Source: an uncultured Luteolibacter sp. (GTDB lineage: Bacteria > Verrucomicrobiota > Verrucomicrobiia > Verrucomicrobiales > Akkermansiaceae). Taken from it: a stretch of DNA of 64,000 nt. The position numbers and the translations under genes were made by a program. Location: the NCBI GenBank assembly GCA_964541125.1, contig CAZIPY010000268.1:21997-85996 (forward strand), given 5' to 3'. The notes beneath the pieces were generated by a model that saw only the letters and a program-made list of their open reading frames with translations, searched no databases and was not told the DNA's origin. The first letter of the stretch is position 1. Every line of letters begins with the position of its first letter. Shown here piece by piece: positions 9,627-17,945 of this stretch.

Positions 9627-10120
9627 GGTGGGCTACCGCCATCGCCTGTCTGAGTCTGGGTGCATCCGTGCTGGCCGATCCGCCGCGTGATGAGCGGCAT
9701 GGTCATCCTGTTCCGGAGCCGAAGCCGGAGACCGAGGCGATTCCCAAGGAACATGCCGGGGAGAAAGACATTGCGATCAAACTCGAAAAGGTGAAGCAGC
9801 ACCGGTCGCTGTTGGGGGTGGAGGCGTCCCTCCGCATCATCAATCCGACTGATAAGGACATGATCTACACCGGCCTATGGGCCAGCAGTCCGCATATCCG
9901 ACGCCAGCAGTGGAAGGATGGTCGTTGGGTGGAAGCGGAGCTGACCGAAGACGAGAACACCAAACCGGGATGGTCGCATGCCATCACTCTTCCCGCCGGT
10001 CAGTCCGTGGTCTTCACCATGAATATCGGCGCCGAGCAGATGCCGGCACGCATCGGCTTGGACTGCACTCAGGAAGGGAAGGCCAAGTTCACTGTCTGGT
10101 CGGACCGCATCGAGCGGTGA
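9623..10120 (+). CDS. Small secreted protein, paralog 4
   Basis: ATGA overlap with paralog 3. TEAIPK, RIINPT, GQSVVF, PARIG, VWSDRIER. Confidence 0.8.
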   Translation: MRWATAIACLSLGASVLADPPRDERHGHPVPEPKPETEAIPKEHAGEKDIAIKLEKVKQHRSLLGVEASLRIINPTDKDMIYTGLWASSPHIRRQQWKDGRWVEAELTEDENTKPGWSHAITLPAGQSVVFTMNIGAEQMPARIGLDCTQEGKAKFTVWSDRIER

Positions 10121-10176
10121 TCACAAGACTAACAAGATCGCATCCATGATCTGTTATGATTTGGCTTGCAGCAGAG

Positions 10177-10194
10177 AATTAGCCTAGACTAATT
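10177..10194. promoter_or_regulatory. Candidate DtxR/MntR-family operator
   Basis: AATTAGCCTAGACTAATT is an 18-bp palindrome (16/18 self-complementary) resembling the TTAG-N6-CTAA core of DtxR/MntR boxes, 21 nt before ATG 10216. Confidence 0.6.
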
Positions 10195-10215
10195 TTGAGC
10201 TAACCCCATACCCCC

Positions 10216-10965
10216 ATGCGACAGATGAACCCTACCCGCCTCCTTGCCTTTGCCCTGTTCGTGCCCGCGATGTCCTTCGGGCACGAGCGCGAGAACTCCG
10301 TGATCTCTCCCCACTTCGAAGAATGCCACCATAGCGTTTCCGTCGCCACCGGCTGGGAAAGCCGCTACTTCTCAGAAGGCCGCGACGCCCTCGACGGCGA
10401 CGCCCTGTGGGTTAGCAGCATTGATTACTCCTGGGAGTCCTTCTCTGCTGGGGTGTGGTACGGTAGCTCGCCGGATGTGAGTTACGACGAACTGCAACTT
10501 GGTGTGGCTTGGCATCACAGTTTTTCGGACGACCTTGAGGGCTACGTCAGTTACACCCACTACGAGCTTCCCTCAGACGATGAGGATGACGATGAAATCG
10601 GCTTTGGCTTCGCCTACACCGGCTGCCCGCTGGATATCGAGTTTGCCCTAGATGCTTATCATTCTTTTGAGGCCGAAGGCTTCTTCGTCGAGGCCACAGC
10701 CAGTCGCGAATGGGAACTGACCGAGAAGCTCTCCGCCAATACGGCGCTGATTTTCGGCATAAACCAAGGCTATGTGGCCGATGGTCACGATGGTGCCAAC
10801 CACATTGCAGCCTCGGTTGGCCTGTCCTATGCCCTCACTGAGTCACTCAGCATTAGCGTGCACGGCACCTACAGCCGGGGCATCGACAAAGACAGCGCAG
10901 CGCCCGATGATGACCTGCTCAAGGACTTCGTTCACACCGGAGTCGGCCTCGAATGGTCCTTCTGA
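10216..10965 (+). CDS. Outer-membrane beta-barrel protein (TorF/TIGR02001-like)
   Basis: Signal peptide, His-rich N-terminus, SRYFSEGRD motif, alternating beta-strands and C-terminal GLEWSF. Confidence 0.75.
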   Translation: MRQMNPTRLLAFALFVPAMSFGHERENSVISPHFEECHHSVSVATGWESRYFSEGRDALDGDALWVSSIDYSWESFSAGVWYGSSPDVSYDELQLGVAWHHSFSDDLEGYVSYTHYELPSDDEDDDEIGFGFAYTGCPLDIEFALDAYHSFEAEGFFVEATASREWELTEKLSANTALIFGINQGYVADGHDGANHIAASVGLSYALTESLSISVHGTYSRGIDKDSAAPDDDLLKDFVHTGVGLEWSF

Positions 10966-11019
10966 AGCCCTTCAGAACTGGCTTGTCACAAGGAAACGGA
11001 CTGAGTTACTTTGAGCGCC

Positions 11020-11766
11020 ATGACTTACAAAAGCCTGACCGCCCTCTTCATTGCCGGCACCCTCACCATGGCCCAAGGCCGCGAGATGTCCGTCTTTTCC
11101 GACCTCGCCGATCCCGGCTCCTCGTTCAACCTCACGACCCAATACAACACCCGTTATTGGGCTGAAGGCCGCGATTTCCTGGAAAACGACGACATCTGGT
11201 CGACCAGTGTCAGTTACGGCTGGGAATCCCTCGCTGCTGGCGTCTGGTATGCCAAATCCACCGAGCTTCCCTACGAGGAACTCCAGTTCGGCCTGGCCTG
11301 GCGCCACGATCTCTCCGACGACCTCCAACTCTATGTCGGTGCTGCCTATGTCGATTACATGGACAACACCAATGCGGTCGCAAGTCAGGACTCTGAGTAT
11401 GAGCTCGCCTCTGGCCTGACCTACACCGGCTGCCCTTGGGGCATCGAGTGGGTGCTCGACGTCTACTACACCGATGACACCGGTGGTTGGTTCGCCGAAG
11501 TTTCCGGAACCCGTGAATGGGAGCTCTCCGACAAATGGGGCGTCCACGTCACCGGCCTGATTGGCATGAACCAAGGTTACATTCAGGACGGCAGCGATGG
11601 CCTCAACCACATGGCGATCATCGCTGGTTTCTCCTACGACATCAATGAGTGTTGCGCACTCACCCTGGAAGGTGTTCAAAGCTTCGGCCTCGACCGCAGC
11701 GATCCGGGTGACACCAACACCGACGACTTCCTTCATGGCCGACTTGGCCTGACCTGGAGCTTCTGA
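11020..11766 (+). CDS. Outer-membrane beta-barrel protein, paralog of the upstream gene
   Basis: TRYWAEGRD, AGVWY, YEELQFGLAW and GMNQGY are shared with the upstream gene. It ends in GLTWSF. Confidence 0.75.
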   Translation: MTYKSLTALFIAGTLTMAQGREMSVFSDLADPGSSFNLTTQYNTRYWAEGRDFLENDDIWSTSVSYGWESLAAGVWYAKSTELPYEELQFGLAWRHDLSDDLQLYVGAAYVDYMDNTNAVASQDSEYELASGLTYTGCPWGIEWVLDVYYTDDTGGWFAEVSGTREWELSDKWGVHVTGLIGMNQGYIQDGSDGLNHMAIIAGFSYDINECCALTLEGVQSFGLDRSDPGDTNTDDFLHGRLGLTWSF

Positions 11767-11791
11767 TCCGCTCGATCCAACTTTTCTCAAG

Positions 11792-11825
11792 ACCCCGGAG
11801 GATGACCCTCCGGGGTTTTTTGTTT
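11792..11825 (+). terminator. Rho-independent terminator
   Basis: Stem ACCCCGGAGG / CCTCCGGGGT with a 5-nt loop, followed by a T-run. Confidence 0.85.
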
Positions 11826-11872
11826 CTGTTCTGTCACTTGCGCTTTTTCGATCTGCGTTTTAACCATGCTTC

Positions 11873-12403
11873 ATGGCGACTCATAAACTCGACTCAGGCG
11901 GGATCCTTCCCGAGATCACCCTCAAGCTTGTCGGTGGTGGCGAGGCTACGCTCGGAAAGGCCGATGATCCGGCCAACTGGCGCTTGGTGTTCATCTATCG
12001 CGGCCTGCACTGCCCGATCTGCAAGCAGTACCTCAAGCAGCTCGATGAGCTGAGCGGGCAGTTTGCCGAGACCAAGGCCGAGATCATCGTCGCCTCCGCC
12101 GACCCCGAAGCCAAAGCGGCAGCGATGGTGGAGGAGACTGGGATCGGCTTGACCGTGGCCTATGACCTCAGCATCGAGCAGATGCAGTCACTGGGCCTGT
12201 GGATCTCCGAGCCGCGCTCCGACGATGAGACCGACCGCCCCTTCGGTGAACCAGCCATGTTTGCGATCAACAGCGATGGCCGGATCCAGCTCATCGACCA
12301 GTCCAACACCCCCTTCAACCGGGCCGACCTAGGAGAGTTGCTGGACACCGTGATCTGGGTTCAAGAGAACGACTACCCGATCCGGGGCACTTATGGTCAA
12401 TGA
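11873..12403 (+). CDS. Peroxiredoxin-like redoxin (AhpC/TSA family)
   Basis: YRGLHCPIC CxxC motif, FGEPAMF and C-terminal YPIRGT. Confidence 0.85.
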   Translation: MATHKLDSGGILPEITLKLVGGGEATLGKADDPANWRLVFIYRGLHCPICKQYLKQLDELSGQFAETKAEIIVASADPEAKAAAMVEETGIGLTVAYDLSIEQMQSLGLWISEPRSDDETDRPFGEPAMFAINSDGRIQLIDQSNTPFNRADLGELLDTVIWVQENDYPIRGTYGQ

Positions 12404-12429
12404 CCTATAATCTCTATGACGAGGTCGCT

Positions 12430-12505
12430 TAATGCAAAATAATTGCAAAAAAGGGTTGCGGGGCCTCTCAGGACCCCCTACGCCTACCGCACATTATTTG
12501 CATTA
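12430..12505. promoter_or_regulatory. Two candidate Zur/Fur-family boxes
   Basis: TGCAA-AATAA-TTGCA at 12433-12447 and CGCAC-ATTAT-TTGCA at 12488-12502, directly upstream of a zinc-type uptake operon. Confidence 0.55.
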
Positions 12506-12510
12506 GCACT

Positions 12511-13710
12511 ATGAAGACCACCCATTCCCTCGCTCTTATCGCCTCGCTTGGCCTCGCTGCCGCCGGCCAAGCTCACGAAGGCCCGACACACGCTCACGAT
12601 TCCGTCATGGATGACATGAATTGGGCCACTGGCCGAGGTGTCGAATTCTTCGGCATCACCCCCAACATCTACCTCCTCGGCAGCACGGGTCTCAGCAGCT
12701 CTCCAGCGTTCGAAGAGCTGTCCGGTGGTCACCACGATCCCAACCACGACTACAGCCTGCAGGCACTCGAGCTTTCCCTCTCCGGCCGCTGGGGCGATTA
12801 CATCCAGGCTCAGTTCAACCACGCCTATTTCACTGAATACGAAGAGTCCAACACCTACCTTGAGCACGAAACCGAAGAGCTCTTCCTCAAGTTGGTGAAT
12901 CTTCCCGGCGGTTTTGAAGTCCGCGGCGGCATGTTCCTGAACCGTTTCGGTTTCCAGAACACCAAGCACAACCACTCTTGGGAGTTTGCGAACCAGACCC
13001 TGAGCAACAGCGCCATCCTCCAGGAGGGTGAGCTGACCACCATCGGAACAGAAGTCACTTGGAACCTGCCTACCGAGTTCCCCATCGCCATCAGCTTTTA
13101 CGGTGGTAACGCACCCGAGCACGAAGAGCACGAACACGATGGCCCCGAGCCGCTGTTCGAAGGTCACGAAGGTGAGCTCGATGAAGACATCATCGGCATC
13201 AACCTCATGGCCACCCACAATGTCTCGGACTTCCATCAGTTCGCTGGCACCCTCTCCCTGGTCCACGGCCAGAACCACTTCGAGACCGACACCACCCTTA
13301 TCGGTGCCGGCCTCCAATACATGTGGCGTGAGAACGGCCTCGAGCCTGGTGGTCGTGCCCTCATCCTGCGCAGTGAGTTGATGTATCGCGCCTTTGAAGC
13401 CATCGAGGAAGACCCGCCAAACCGCCGTGACGACATCAAGCAACTGGGTGGCTACTTCTCCCAGATCTACGAGCACAACAGCAACTGGACTTTTTCCAAC
13501 CGTTTCGGTTACGTGACCGGTAATGACGATGCCGAACTCACCGAGCGCCTCCGCGCTTCTCAGGCCGTGACTTGGTATGCCAATGACAGTCGCAATCTCT
13601 TCACCCGTGTTCAGCTCGACAACGACTGGATCGAAGGCTTCGGTAACCACGAAACCTCCCTCTGGTTCCAGATGGGTCTGCACTGGGGTGCGGGCAACGA
13701 AGTCCGCTAA
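12511..13710 (+). CDS. His-rich outer-membrane metal-uptake barrel (zinc-regulated OM receptor/porin-like)
   Basis: Signal peptide, GHHDP, EVRGGMFLNRFGFQNTKHNHSWEF, HEEHEH and amphipathic C-terminal strands. First gene of the ABC operon. Confidence 0.7.
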   Translation: MKTTHSLALIASLGLAAAGQAHEGPTHAHDSVMDDMNWATGRGVEFFGITPNIYLLGSTGLSSSPAFEELSGGHHDPNHDYSLQALELSLSGRWGDYIQAQFNHAYFTEYEESNTYLEHETEELFLKLVNLPGGFEVRGGMFLNRFGFQNTKHNHSWEFANQTLSNSAILQEGELTTIGTEVTWNLPTEFPIAISFYGGNAPEHEEHEHDGPEPLFEGHEGELDEDIIGINLMATHNVSDFHQFAGTLSLVHGQNHFETDTTLIGAGLQYMWRENGLEPGGRALILRSELMYRAFEAIEEDPPNRRDDIKQLGGYFSQIYEHNSNWTFSNRFGYVTGNDDAELTERLRASQAVTWYANDSRNLFTRVQLDNDWIEGFGNHETSLWFQMGLHWGAGNEVR

Positions 13711-13759
13711 GCTTTATTTCGGTTAGCTGACTGCTACTCTCCACCACTTGTTCCATGTT

Positions 13760-14656
13760 ATGCTAGGCCGCCGCTCGTTCATCTTGGTGTTGCTGCTTGG
13801 CTTGCTTGGATCGCAAGTCTTCGCGCTGAAGGTATGCACCTTGCATCCTCTTCTCACGGACCTTGCGAAGCAAGTGGGCGGGGCTGATGTGGAAGTGATC
13901 TCGCTGATGCCCGCGGGATCCGATCCGCATCATTTCTCACCCAGTGGAGCCCAACTGGCGCGCGCTTCTAACTCGAAGATCGTGTTGGCGATGGGCAAGC
14001 GCTTGGAGAATTACCTGCCTAAGCTGAAGGACAGCCTGAAGAACGGGCAGGTCATTTACGAGGTGGGTCGTACCATTCCCTCCATCACCGTGAAGGAGGG
14101 CCCTCTTTTCGTTTGCTGCCCAGTGCATGCCCGAGGCGCCATCGACCCGCATTGGTGGCACAGCATCAAAAACATGCAGCGTGCTTCGACGGCTGTGGCC
14201 AAGGAGTTCGGCAAACTCGATCCCGCGAACAAGGCGGCCTATGAATCACGCGCTAAGGCTTACAACAATAGCCTAGACGAGCTGCGAGTCTGGGCGAAAA
14301 CGGAGATCGCCAAGATTCCCCGCGCCAACCGCAAGCTCGCCACTGCACACGCCGCCTGGGGCTACTTCTGCAAGGAGTTCGGCTTCAAGTCGGTTCCGGT
14401 GCAGGGCCTCAACAAGGAGCAGAACGCTTCGCCCAAATACATGCAGGAGACCATCGAGGTGATCAAGAAGCACAAGATCAAGGCGGTCTTCCCCGAGGAG
14501 ATGGCCAACCCGCGCGTCCTCAATGCGATCTCCAAGCAGACCGGAGTCAAGGTCGGTGGCAAACTCAATGCCAGCGGGACTGGCCACGGCAAGTCCGCGA
14601 CCTTCAAGGGTATGGTGAGTCACAATGTCTCGACCATTGTGACTTGGCTCCGATAG
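13760..14656 (+). CDS. Zn/Mn ABC transporter substrate-binding protein (TroA/ZnuA family)
   Basis: Metal-ligand motifs DPHHF, DPHWW, HAAWGYF and FPEE. Confidence 0.92.
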   Translation: MLGRRSFILVLLLGLLGSQVFALKVCTLHPLLTDLAKQVGGADVEVISLMPAGSDPHHFSPSGAQLARASNSKIVLAMGKRLENYLPKLKDSLKNGQVIYEVGRTIPSITVKEGPLFVCCPVHARGAIDPHWWHSIKNMQRASTAVAKEFGKLDPANKAAYESRAKAYNNSLDELRVWAKTEIAKIPRANRKLATAHAAWGYFCKEFGFKSVPVQGLNKEQNASPKYMQETIEVIKKHKIKAVFPEEMANPRVLNAISKQTGVKVGGKLNASGTGHGKSATFKGMVSHNVSTIVTWLR

Positions 14657-14687
14657 GCTTCGTTCCTGACCGGCTTCACCTGCCGGA

Positions 14688-15140
14688 ATGATCGTCATGC
14701 AAGGGAACCCGCTCAAAGAACTGATTCTGGTGCTGGTGCTGGTTGCTCTACTTGCGCCGGTGATCTTCAGGCTGACGACCGACCGTACACCTGCGGCTCC
14801 CGATGATGGACCGGTGGTGGGGGTGCAGCCGGCAGAACTGACCCCGACCACGGTCCGGATGCAGTTCGCACATCCGCCACATGAAGTGGTCTTGAAGTAT
14901 TCTGAAGACACCACGCTGCGCATTGATATCTCCGGGCGGGATTCTATCTCGGAGACGGAGCTCCAACTCGACCTCAGTGATCAAGTCGTCGAAATGCCCG
15001 TGTCGGTGACATGGCCGGAGCGGACGCCTCGGACTGCCGTGACCATCACCATCGAGCCCGAGGGTATGGATGCCCGCGAAGTGACCTTCTGGGGTGAAGG
15101 CAGCTTGGATGAATTTATCGAACTGAGTTGGGATGAGTGA
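14688..15140 (+). CDS. Hypothetical membrane-anchored protein inside the ABC operon
   Basis: One N-terminal TM segment. It overlaps the ATPase start. Confidence 0.6.
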   Translation: MIVMQGNPLKELILVLVLVALLAPVIFRLTTDRTPAAPDDGPVVGVQPAELTPTTVRMQFAHPPHEVVLKYSEDTTLRIDISGRDSISETELQLDLSDQVVEMPVSVTWPERTPRTAVTITIEPEGMDAREVTFWGEGSLDEFIELSWDE

Positions 15141-15864
15141 TCACAGCCACAAGCCACACGAGTTGCAGGTGCGCGACCTTCACGTGCACTATGGTAAGAT
15201 CTGTGCCCTCCACGATCTGAGTTTCACTGCGACCTGTCATCGAGGCGTCGCCTTGGTCGGTCCCAATGGCGGCGGCAAGAGCACGCTACTCAAGTCCATC
15301 GCTGGCCTGATTCCACATTCCACAGGAGAGATTTTATGGCAGGGCAATTCGGTGGAGAAACATCGTTGGGAGATCGCCTACCTGCCGCAGCGCGAGGAAG
15401 TGGATTGGAACTTTCCCATCACAGTGGAGGGTTTGGTGCAGATGGGCCGCTACCCTCATGTTGGTTTGATGGGCCGCTTCAGCAAGGTAGATCATGAGGC
15501 GGTGGATGCCGCGCTTGAGTACGTCGCCATGCAGGACCTACGTCATCGCCACATCAGCCAGCTCTCCGGCGGTCAGCAGCAGCGGGCCTTCCTGGCACGT
15601 GCGTTGGCACAGCAGCCTCATGTATTTCTCCTCGATGAGCCCTTCACGGGTCTCGATTACGAAGCCCGCGAGCGCTTGCACGGTCTGCTGAAGGGCCTGA
15701 CTGATCAGGGCAGTCTGCTCATCGCCTCCCATCACGACCTCAATACCCTCGATCAGGGATTCGACGACGTCATGGTGGTCAACCAGCGCCTGCTGGCATA
15801 TGGCACGGTGGAGGAAGTCTCCGGAGACATTGAGAGCCTTTTGGAGGGGGCGGTGATGTCATGA
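15133..15864 (+). CDS. Metal ABC transporter ATPase (ZnuC/MntA-like)
   Basis: Walker A GPNGGGKST, YLPQ, signature LSGGQ and Walker B LLDEP. Confidence 0.95.
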   Translation: MSDHSHKPHELQVRDLHVHYGKICALHDLSFTATCHRGVALVGPNGGGKSTLLKSIAGLIPHSTGEILWQGNSVEKHRWEIAYLPQREEVDWNFPITVEGLVQMGRYPHVGLMGRFSKVDHEAVDAALEYVAMQDLRHRHISQLSGGQQQRAFLARALAQQPHVFLLDEPFTGLDYEARERLHGLLKGLTDQGSLLIASHHDLNTLDQGFDDVMVVNQRLLAYGTVEEVSGDIESLLEGAVMS

Positions 15865-16718
15865 CGTTCCAAGAGATCATCGACAGCCCCTTCTTCTGGA
15901 GGGCCCTGACCATCGCCGTGATCATCGGTTTCGCCAATGGTTGCCTCAGCAGCCACGTGGTTCTGCGCAAGGCGTCGCTAGTGGTGGGTGCCTACACCCA
16001 CGGCACTCTACCCGGCATTGCCATCGCCGTACTTCTGGGCGGAGTGACCATGATCAATGTCTTCGTGGGTGCTGCGGCTTCGGCCCTATTCATTGGTCTG
16101 GGTTCCGTTTGGTTGGTGCGCCATTCGCGTGTGGACCATCACTCGGCTTTGGCCCTGATGTGGACCACGGGCGCTGCCATCGGTCTGTTCATCATCGATC
16201 GCACCGGAGCCACGCAGGAATTGGAGGGGTGGCTCTTTGGTTACATCCTCACCATCTCCGATCAGGATCTGTGGGCCTCTTTCATCGTCAGTTCCATCAC
16301 GATGATCACCATTGTGGTGTTGCAGCGTCCCTTGCTGCTGATGCTTTTCGAGCCGGATGTTGCGGCATCGGTCGGCGTGCCCGTGCGCCAGCTGCACTAC
16401 CTGCTGGTGGCCCTCTTTGTCTTTGCCTTGGTCAGCTCACTTCAGGCCGTTGGCGCGGTCCTCGCGACCAGCACCCTGGTGGTGCCGGCACTCATCATGA
16501 CTCAGTTGGCGGACAGTCCACGCAAGGTGTTCTGGGGCGGCGGTCTGATCGGCGGCAGCGTGTCCGCCCTGGCCATTGTGCTTTCTCACCTCATCAGTGT
16601 GCGGCCGGGAGCTTTGATCGTGGTGCTACTGGCCGTGGTCTTTGGCGTGGTGATGATCTTTAGCCCCAAGCATGGCCTGCTGAGTCGTCTGCGACACGGG
16701 GCACACAGCCATCATTGA
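15861..16718 (+). CDS. Metal ABC transporter permease (ABC-3/ZnuB family)
   Basis: Multiple TMs, HGTLPGIA, WLFG, FEPDVAASVG and QAVGAVL. Confidence 0.93.
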   Translation: MTFQEIIDSPFFWRALTIAVIIGFANGCLSSHVVLRKASLVVGAYTHGTLPGIAIAVLLGGVTMINVFVGAAASALFIGLGSVWLVRHSRVDHHSALALMWTTGAAIGLFIIDRTGATQELEGWLFGYILTISDQDLWASFIVSSITMITIVVLQRPLLLMLFEPDVAASVGVPVRQLHYLLVALFVFALVSSLQAVGAVLATSTLVVPALIMTQLADSPRKVFWGGGLIGGSVSALAIVLSHLISVRPGALIVVLLAVVFGVVMIFSPKHGLLSRLRHGAHSHH

Positions 16719-17833
16719 GGCAGGCGTTGCCACGGCTTGGTGACGAAGACTCCCTGGTTGTTCTTGAACCATTCCTCGGCTTGATCCGCCTTGAGTGTCA
16801 TTGCATTGACGCGCCGCGCCTCCTCGAGGTCGAACGCGGCATCGTAGTGACTCAGGTCCGCAGCCCCGAAGGCGGGGTGGATGCGCAGCCTGGCGGTTCT
16901 ATCGTTGGGGTCGGCAGTCACCTCGTATCTCACGATGCCCTCACGGCCAATGTGAGAGAAGGACTTCATGGCCTGCGCTTGTGTCCCGGCATGCTTGACG
17001 TTGGTCATCATGCCACGCACCCAATCTCCATGGCAGAGTAGACGGGTTTCGAAGAAGTAATCGTTCGGAAGTGGTCGAATGCGATTGCTGGTCTTGTGAT
17101 CGGGATCCTCCCGGTTTGGAGCCAGGTGAATGTTGTGCACTAGGCTGGTTTTACCATCGGTGAACATTTGGAGTCGTGTTACATAGGCAAGGTCATCAAA
17201 AGAGGCTTTGTCGACGAGTCCATGGAAAGAAACGATGCTGCCTGCCGGCGGCCTAGCATCGGGAGTGACTTCCGGGACCTGGCCGGACGACAAGAGCTTA
17301 TGATACCAGGCCTCAGCTGCTTCGGTTTGTTTCAGTAGCTCCTTGAGTTTCTTCAGCTCAGTCTCGTTGACCTCATGGGTAGTGCGGTTTTGCCCTATGG
17401 TCACGATCCATTCATCTTTGGTTCCTCTCTTGAGGGCCGATTCATAGTTGGTGACGACGTGCTTTCTGCGCCGGCCCTCTTCGTCGGTGCGGAAGCCCGC
17501 CCAGGGATTGACGATGCCTCTGCGTAGAGCTTTTTGTTTTGAGGCCGCTTCACTCATCTCAAACAGAGTCTTGATGTCCCTTTCGGTCAGTTGCTTGGCT
17601 TCGGGAAGCCCAAAATGCATGATTTTGGTTCTGCATGAAATCTCACCATTTCTGGTTGAATTGGAGACATCCACGAAGGCCCCAAATGATTTCTTTTCGC
17701 CAGGCTGCTTGCGGTCCCAGCCGTCACCCAGCCCGACAGAGAACCTCAGCTCCTTGAAGGGCAGCATGTTCTCGCCCGGGCATGTCGCTGCCACCATCAG
17801 CGTGGTCAGTATGGGTAGGAAGAGAGCTTTCAT
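16712..17833 (-). CDS. Hypothetical secreted protein
   Basis: 373-aa ORF with a signal-like N-terminus. EAAEAWY and DQAEEWF suggest an internal two-fold repeat. Confidence 0.6.
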   Translation of the reverse strand: MKALFLPILTTLMVAATCPGENMLPFKELRFSVGLGDGWDRKQPGEKKSFGAFVDVSNSTRNGEISCRTKIMHFGLPEAKQLTERDIKTLFEMSEAASKQKALRRGIVNPWAGFRTDEEGRRRKHVVTNYESALKRGTKDEWIVTIGQNRTTHEVNETELKKLKELLKQTEAAEAWYHKLLSSGQVPEVTPDARPPAGSIVSFHGLVDKASFDDLAYVTRLQMFTDGKTSLVHNIHLAPNREDPDHKTSNRIRPLPNDYFFETRLLCHGDWVRGMMTNVKHAGTQAQAMKSFSHIGREGIVRYEVTADPNDRTARLRIHPAFGAADLSHYDAAFDLEEARRVNAMTLKADQAEEWFKNNQGVFVTKPWQRLPQ

Positions 17834-17945
17834 GATTTGGGGATGTAACTCATGAATGCTAACAGGCCCACCGCGCCTGTCATCTTCATCCCGCCGTCAT
17901 CGCCAGTATCTTTTTGATACACCTAAGGCATTCTTGAGAAATGCT

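Noticed and set aside
12484-13683. Long antisense ORFs (e.g. 12484-13683, 6824-7681, 38509-39498, 23996-25027, 55301-56275)
   Set aside because: They are shadows of well-supported genes on the opposite strand in GC-rich DNA and have no motifs of their own.
17864-17940. Possible decayed remnant of the permease 3' end after the 16712-17833 gene
   Set aside because: The resemblance is vague (RPTAPVIF vs RPGALIVV) and needs frameshifts. It is not distinguishable from chance by eye.
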